Below, one piece after another: positions 59,650 to 64,000 of a stretch of 64,000 nucleotides of DNA; within the stretch, counting starts at the first letter, position 1, and each line of letters opens with the position of its first letter. The stretch lies in the IMG/VR virus record IMGVR_UViG_3300021963_000023, positions 187,150 through 251,149 of that record; one strand, given 5' to 3'. The notes beneath the pieces are model-generated. The model was not told where the DNA came from. It ran no database searches and saw nothing but the letters and a program-made list of their open reading frames with translations. The translations under genes and the position numbers were made by a program.

Positions 59650-59739
59650 GGGGAGGTGGGTGAGTGGTTTAAACCGACAGCCTCCGAAGCTGCTATTGGA
59701 CTTAACATTCAATCGAGAGTCCGAATCTCTTCCTCCCCG
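59650..59739 (+). tRNA. tRNA with CCG anticodon (nominally Arg) on a type II, Ser-like body
   Basis: Acceptor GGGGAGG/CCTCCCC, discriminator G; D arm GGT-GAGTGGTTTAA-ACC; anticodon arm CAGC-CTCCGAA-GCTG; variable stem ATTGGA/TTCAAT; T arm GAGAG-TCCGAAT-CTCTT; CCA not encoded. Confidence 0.85.
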
Positions 59740-59772
59740 CAATTTTATAAACTTTTCTTAAACAAAAACAAA

Positions 59773-60657
59773 ATGAGAAAAACAATCACAATGCTATCGC
59801 TAATGTTAGCATTTTTGTTTATTACTAGATTGTCATATGGTCAGTATAGTAGTAGTGCAATTCAGAAAGGTTCAGAACAATCCTTAAAAGTTCAAACGGA
59901 CACAGTCCCTAATCAATTACAAGAAATTGTTGTTACAGCAAAGAAGGTACCTTTAATGACCAAGGTAGGCCCTTATGGTCAACCACTTTGGACAACAATG
60001 AGAATGTTTGCATCCACTAGAGTTTATGTGATGAACCCACCAGGTACCGCAATGTACGAGAAGTGGTTTGACATTAGACAAAGAAGAAACGGACCGGCAC
60101 AAATTAGAATGAGAGATGAATTCACATTCGGTTTAGGTAAGAGGCTTCAGTTGGATTTATATTCCCACACGGTTTATGACGGTAAAGATGGGGATAAACA
60201 ATTCAAATGGAGAGGTTTTTCTTGGGAGTTTCGTTATGCTCTTGCTGATTGGGGTAAATTATGGGGTAATCCAACTCTATATTGGGAAACAAAAATGTTA
60301 AATGGTCGCTGGGGTATTGAACCAAAGTTATTACTCGGTGATAGAATCGGTAAAAGTGGTATCTGGGGTTTCAATGCTATCTACGAAGGTAATCTAGCAG
60401 ATAAAAAAGAACTCCGTGAAGATGAATATGCGTATACCGCATCATATGCAAACATAATCAATAATGATTTGACATTAGGGGTTTCTCACATGTTTAGGTA
60501 TAACGACTTCGATGGTGGATCACAAGAATGGTACCTTGGGCCACTTTTACAATATCGTTTTAATAACAAAGGTTATTTGAATATTGAGCATATGCCAGGT
60601 TTAAACCAAGACGCAAAACAATCAAGAACCACAATTATATTCGCATGGAGATTCTAA
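59773..60657 (+). CDS. Outer-membrane beta-barrel protein with signal peptide and TonB-box-like motif
   Basis: MRKTITMLSLMLAFLF signal peptide, LQEIVVTA, alternating aromatic strands, terminal AWRF. The track start at 59656 lies inside the tRNA and is rejected. Confidence 0.7.
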   Translation: MRKTITMLSLMLAFLFITRLSYGQYSSSAIQKGSEQSLKVQTDTVPNQLQEIVVTAKKVPLMTKVGPYGQPLWTTMRMFASTRVYVMNPPGTAMYEKWFDIRQRRNGPAQIRMRDEFTFGLGKRLQLDLYSHTVYDGKDGDKQFKWRGFSWEFRYALADWGKLWGNPTLYWETKMLNGRWGIEPKLLLGDRIGKSGIWGFNAIYEGNLADKKELREDEYAYTASYANIINNDLTLGVSHMFRYNDFDGGSQEWYLGPLLQYRFNNKGYLNIEHMPGLNQDAKQSRTTIIFAWRF

Positions 60658-61652
60658 TCAACGGACAAGTATTCCTTGTCTATTTAATATTCATTATGTT
60701 CGTAACAGGTATCCTCAAAGAAAGAGGATACCTTATGGACATCTTTAGATTACTGGAACAAAGAGTTAAGTCAAAGAGAACGGTGGTATTCTTAGTATCA
60801 CTATTTGGTGGGATCTTACCAATCCCTGGACGAGTTGCATTATCAGCATCTATGTTAAACAGCATAGCACCAGTTGATAATAAGAAACGTAAGAAGTTTG
60901 GTATCATTGACTACCTAGCAACACATCACTATTATCTATGGTCACCTTTAGAGAAAACTGTTATTATTCCAATGGCTGTGTTAAGTTTAACCTATATGCA
61001 ATTCATGTCATATATCTGGCCATTACTTTTAATCTCAGCGTTATATATTACTTATTATATCTTATCATTAAAAGATGATGAAATAGATATTGAAGTTAAA
61101 GATGAACCAATTAATATGCAAAACATAACGATGGTGGTTATACCATTTTTAGTAACCATATTAATGTGTGTGTTTTTTACTGAATACTATTTTGGTTTCT
61201 TCACAGGATTCACAATATGGTTAGTATATTACTCTAAAAGCTGGAGTAAAATATTGAGCTATATCGACTGGGAACTAATATGGATCGTTGCTTTGGTTAT
61301 TATTTTAGGTAACCTTGTTGGATCTTACTATACACAGATAGAAGCTATAATAAAACAGTACAGTGAACCATCTAACATATTGATTGTCTCTGTGTTAGGT
61401 TTTTTAGCTTCATTTTTATTAGGTTCTTCAGCAAAATATGCTGGAATTGTTAGTTTATTAACTAGTGTATTTGGAATGCATTATTTTGTTCTATTCTTTA
61501 CTTTAGAATATTCAGCATACCTAATTTCACCATCACATAAGTGTTTACCTATTGGCCAAAGGTATTTTCATACTGGGTTTCTAACATATCTAAAAGCATT
61601 AATAATTTGGATATCAATGATGATAACTTATGCAATATTTACAGTTCTGTAA
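60645..61652 (+). CDS. Multi-pass inner-membrane transporter (DUF401/ion-transporter-like)
   Basis: About 9-10 hydrophobic segments, GILPIPG, SPSHKCL. Confidence 0.65.
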   Translation: MEILINGQVFLVYLIFIMFVTGILKERGYLMDIFRLLEQRVKSKRTVVFLVSLFGGILPIPGRVALSASMLNSIAPVDNKKRKKFGIIDYLATHHYYLWSPLEKTVIIPMAVLSLTYMQFMSYIWPLLLISALYITYYILSLKDDEIDIEVKDEPINMQNITMVVIPFLVTILMCVFFTEYYFGFFTGFTIWLVYYSKSWSKILSYIDWELIWIVALVIILGNLVGSYYTQIEAIIKQYSEPSNILIVSVLGFLASFLLGSSAKYAGIVSLLTSVFGMHYFVLFFTLEYSAYLISPSHKCLPIGQRYFHTGFLTYLKALIIWISMMITYAIFTVL

Positions 61653-61654
61653 GG

Positions 61655-61683
61655 TTGACTTTTTGAAAAATAAAATATATATT
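61655..61683 (+). promoter_or_regulatory. sigma70-like promoter TTGACT-N17-TATATT
   Basis: -35 at 61655-60, -10 at 61678-83. Confidence 0.75.
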
Positions 61684-61704
61684 ATAAAAGAAAATTAAAA
61701 ATTT

Positions 61705-62184
61705 ATGGAAAAAATCACATTAAAATTAGGAGACGTTCTACAATTAGAAAGTGAAATAAACGGGTATATTGAACCACAAACTGGAGAACAGGTGTTCGAG
61801 GGATTCAGTAAACAAAACCTTTCAATAATTTTGAAATACGAATTGAGTGACTTCTCAACGGAACTTAAAGGTGAGAGAACTAAGGTTGAGGCGTTAAGAG
61901 ATGAATTAATCAAAAAGTATGGAGAAGAAGATGGTAATGGCGGTGTCTTAGTAAAAATGTACAATGAAGTTAAGGACGATGAAGGTAACGTAACTGGTAA
62001 AGTTGTTAACCCTCAATACATCGAATTTGATAATGAATATGGTGTACTTTTAAATCAAGAAATTGAAATTGAATACCCTGAAATTACAAAAGAAGATTTA
62101 AAGGATGCAGGTAAAACGAAAGACAAATATCAGGTGTTATTTAAACTGATCAAAAAGGAAGTAAAAAAAGAAGGAGCTAATTAA
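61705..62184 (+). CDS. Hypothetical acidic phage protein
   Basis: 159 aa, LIKKYG motif; has its own promoter and terminator. Confidence 0.65.
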   Translation: MEKITLKLGDVLQLESEINGYIEPQTGEQVFEGFSKQNLSIILKYELSDFSTELKGERTKVEALRDELIKKYGEEDGNGGVLVKMYNEVKDDEGNVTGKVVNPQYIEFDNEYGVLLNQEIEIEYPEITKEDLKDAGKTKDKYQVLFKLIKKEVKKEGAN

Positions 62185-62195
62185 GCTCCTTTTTT
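62163..62195. terminator. Bidirectional intrinsic terminator between convergent genes
   Basis: A-tract, AAGGAGCT-AATTA-AGCTCCTT, T-tract; both stop codons fall in or next to the loop. Confidence 0.8.
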
Positions 62196-63026
62196 GTGTT
62201 CATTAATATAATCTGATAGATTAATGATTGGATACCAATTCAATACAAATTTAGCTAAATTACTTTCACATAAAGTTTCCTGAGCTTCACCTGGTTTATC
62301 ATCAAAATATAATCGATCTTGCTTAAACATATCCGCAACTTCATTTAACGAAAAGTTTTCACCTCTACCTAGTTCAAAAATATGCCCCCAAGCATTTCTT
62401 TCTTGTATCTTAATTAATCCATTAACAATATCGTCAATGTGTGTAAAATCTCTCCTCTTGGAACCGTCGCCATATATTGTTAAAGGTTCACCATCATCAT
62501 ATTGTTTTTCCCACCTACCAATCACAGTACTATAACCGCCATCCCTTAAATGATATGGGCCGTATACATTATAAAAACGAGTAATAGAAGCATTTAATTT
62601 AAAATGATCCTGATAAAGTTTAATAATCTCCTCACCAATATCTTTACTGAATGTGTATGGATTTTTAAACTTACCGCTATGGTGTGAACTACTTCCAGCA
62701 TAAACTAATGGTATATTATTGTTAACACAATACTGTGCTATGTTTAATGTACCATTTGTGTTTGTTTCAAAATATTCTACTGGCTGTTCAAATGATGGTT
62801 GTATTCTAGCTATTGCAGCTAAATGATAAACCATATCAAACTTCACATCATGCAAAATACTTAAATCTTTAACGTCACCAAATATATAATTTGCACCATC
62901 TTGATGATTAGTTATATATCCACTTAAATAGTTATCAATTGATGTGACACCATGTCCATCTTTCAATAATCTCTTAATCAAATTGGTGCCAACAAATCCA
63001 GCACCGCCAGTTACAAGTATATTCAT
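62181..63026 (-). CDS. NAD-dependent nucleotide-sugar epimerase/dehydratase
   Basis: ILVTGGAGFVG, HLAA, YxxxK (YTFSK), RFYNVYGP, RDFTHIDD. Confidence 0.9.
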   Translation of the reverse strand: MNILVTGGAGFVGTNLIKRLLKDGHGVTSIDNYLSGYITNHQDGANYIFGDVKDLSILHDVKFDMVYHLAAIARIQPSFEQPVEYFETNTNGTLNIAQYCVNNNIPLVYAGSSSHHSGKFKNPYTFSKDIGEEIIKLYQDHFKLNASITRFYNVYGPYHLRDGGYSTVIGRWEKQYDDGEPLTIYGDGSKRRDFTHIDDIVNGLIKIQERNAWGHIFELGRGENFSLNEVADMFKQDRLYFDDKPGEAQETLCESNLAKFVLNWYPIINLSDYINEHKKGA

Positions 63027-64000
63027 TAAATTATCTTTTTAATATCAATCATCATATTACCAATTTGATACTCTCCTGGTTCATAATGAGGGATTGAAAG
63101 TCTTAGTTTTTTAAGTGTTTCTAGATCCTGTTCATCAAATGGGCTGGTTTCATAAATCATCACGTCAACGTCCTCTGTAAGGATAAATTTCGATCTTAAA
63201 TCATATTTGGTATTCTTCTGTTCATTCTCTATATAGTCCTCAGGAATGAGCCCTAAATTAATTTTATCAAAGAATGGTTCTATCTGTAATAAATAAGCTC
63301 TACTTTTAGTGGTTAATCCCATATTGAATGTTTTATATTTGAAGTCATTATCCTCCCAATACCTGATCTCACTAAACGCTGAGATGGGTAACCCCCATTT
63401 TCTTATGAAGTTTCTGTTTGATGACACTTCAATTAATTGTCTATTATTCTTCATATCATCACTAAATCTAGATGTCTGAGAAACAAAATGATATGTAATG
63501 GCTGAATCACAAGTCTTTAGTTCATAGCCCTTTAATTTTGCTCTGATTAGGAAGTCATCATCTTCACAGAAGCATGGTACAAAACTAAACCCATCAAAGA
63601 ATCCAACATCCTCAAACATCTTTTTGTATCCAGACATAAAGAATACAGCACCATCAGATAACTTATCATTTTTATTCCATTGTTTAACATAGGTATTAAA
63701 ATTAAAGTCATCGAAATTATCGAATCCACTTCCAAGATCTAACAAGACCTTACCAGGTCTTTGGTGACCTCTGAATATTGGTGGCTCAATAGTGGTATAT
63801 GATAATAACATATTCGGTTGTAACAATCTTTCAATTGCTTCTAAGAATCCTTCACCAATAACCATATCATTATGTATCAAGACTAACTTATCGGTATCAA
63901 CTAATTTAATACCGGTATTATAGGTGTCAGAGAATGTTAATCTATCATCATCATGAATATAGGACACATTATTATCCACTAATGATGATAACCATTCCTT
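63026..64000 (-). CDS. GT2-family glycosyltransferase (5'-partial)
   Basis: LIHNDM, FCEDDDF..R, YHFVS; frame stays open to the window edge; ends KKII. Confidence 0.75.
   Translation of the reverse strand, partial: KEWLSSLVDNNVSYIHDDDRLTFSDTYNTGIKLVDTDKLVLIHNDMVIGEGFLEAIERLLQPNMLLSYTTIEPPIFRGHQRPGKVLLDLGSGFDNFDDFNFNTYVKQWNKNDKLSDGAVFFMSGYKKMFEDVGFFDGFSFVPCFCEDDDFLIRAKLKGYELKTCDSAITYHFVSQTSRFSDDMKNNRQLIEVSSNRNFIRKWGLPISAFSEIRYWEDNDFKYKTFNMGLTTKSRAYLLQIEPFFDKINLGLIPEDYIENEQKNTKYDLRSKFILTEDVDVMIYETSPFDEQDLETLKKLRLSIPHYEPGEYQIGNMMIDIKKII

Noticed and set aside
59656-59772. N-terminal extension of the OMP ORF in the supplied track
   Set aside because: It overlaps the tRNA; ATG 59773 gives a proper signal peptide.
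1-64000. Genome-wide codon reassignment (stop codons or CGG)
   Set aside because: Genes are intact and tightly packed in code 11 with TAA, TAG and TGA all used as stops, and CGG aligns with Arg in paralogous repeats.

Overview
AT-rich, gene-dense segment, almost all on the + strand, read with the standard genetic code. It most likely comes from a large tailed phage; a Bacteroidota-like host is inferred from the A-rich SD-less leaders, a TonB-box/beta-barrel gene and a Bacteroidota-type tRNA-Ser body. Layout: (1) 1-25.5 kb and 47.6-55.4 kb hold a large set of Ser/Thr/Gly-rich tail-fibre/virion proteins built from shared cassettes, with S74 and G2-type chaperone domains, C1q domains and several paralogue trios. 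(2) 25.6-47.6 kb is a modification island: glycosyltransferases, six tandem radical SAM/SPASM genes, a PAPS-synthesis module, five 2OG-Fe(II) oxygenases, three sulfotransferases and a SET protein. (3) 55.4-61.7 kb holds a radical SAM + U32 + methyltransferase operon, an unusual tRNA, an outer-membrane barrel and a transporter. (4) Convergent epimerase and GT2 genes close the window. The best candidate for an undescribed system is at 40.4-47.6 kb. Its centre is a circularly permuted ATP-grasp domain fused to a Hint domain that appears able to cleave only at its C-terminus, which would release a 31-aa Cys/Trp/Tyr-rich peptide. Ten flanking genes (nine tailoring enzymes and a Cys-rich protein) end in the same basic-x-Leu-Ile type C-terminal tag. 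Other notable points: a Ser-body, long-variable-arm tRNA with an Arg (CCG) anticodon; two clear promoter classes (TTGACT-N17-TATATT and TATTTATA); and a frameshifted tail fibre. All family assignments come from motif recognition by eye, not from database searches.
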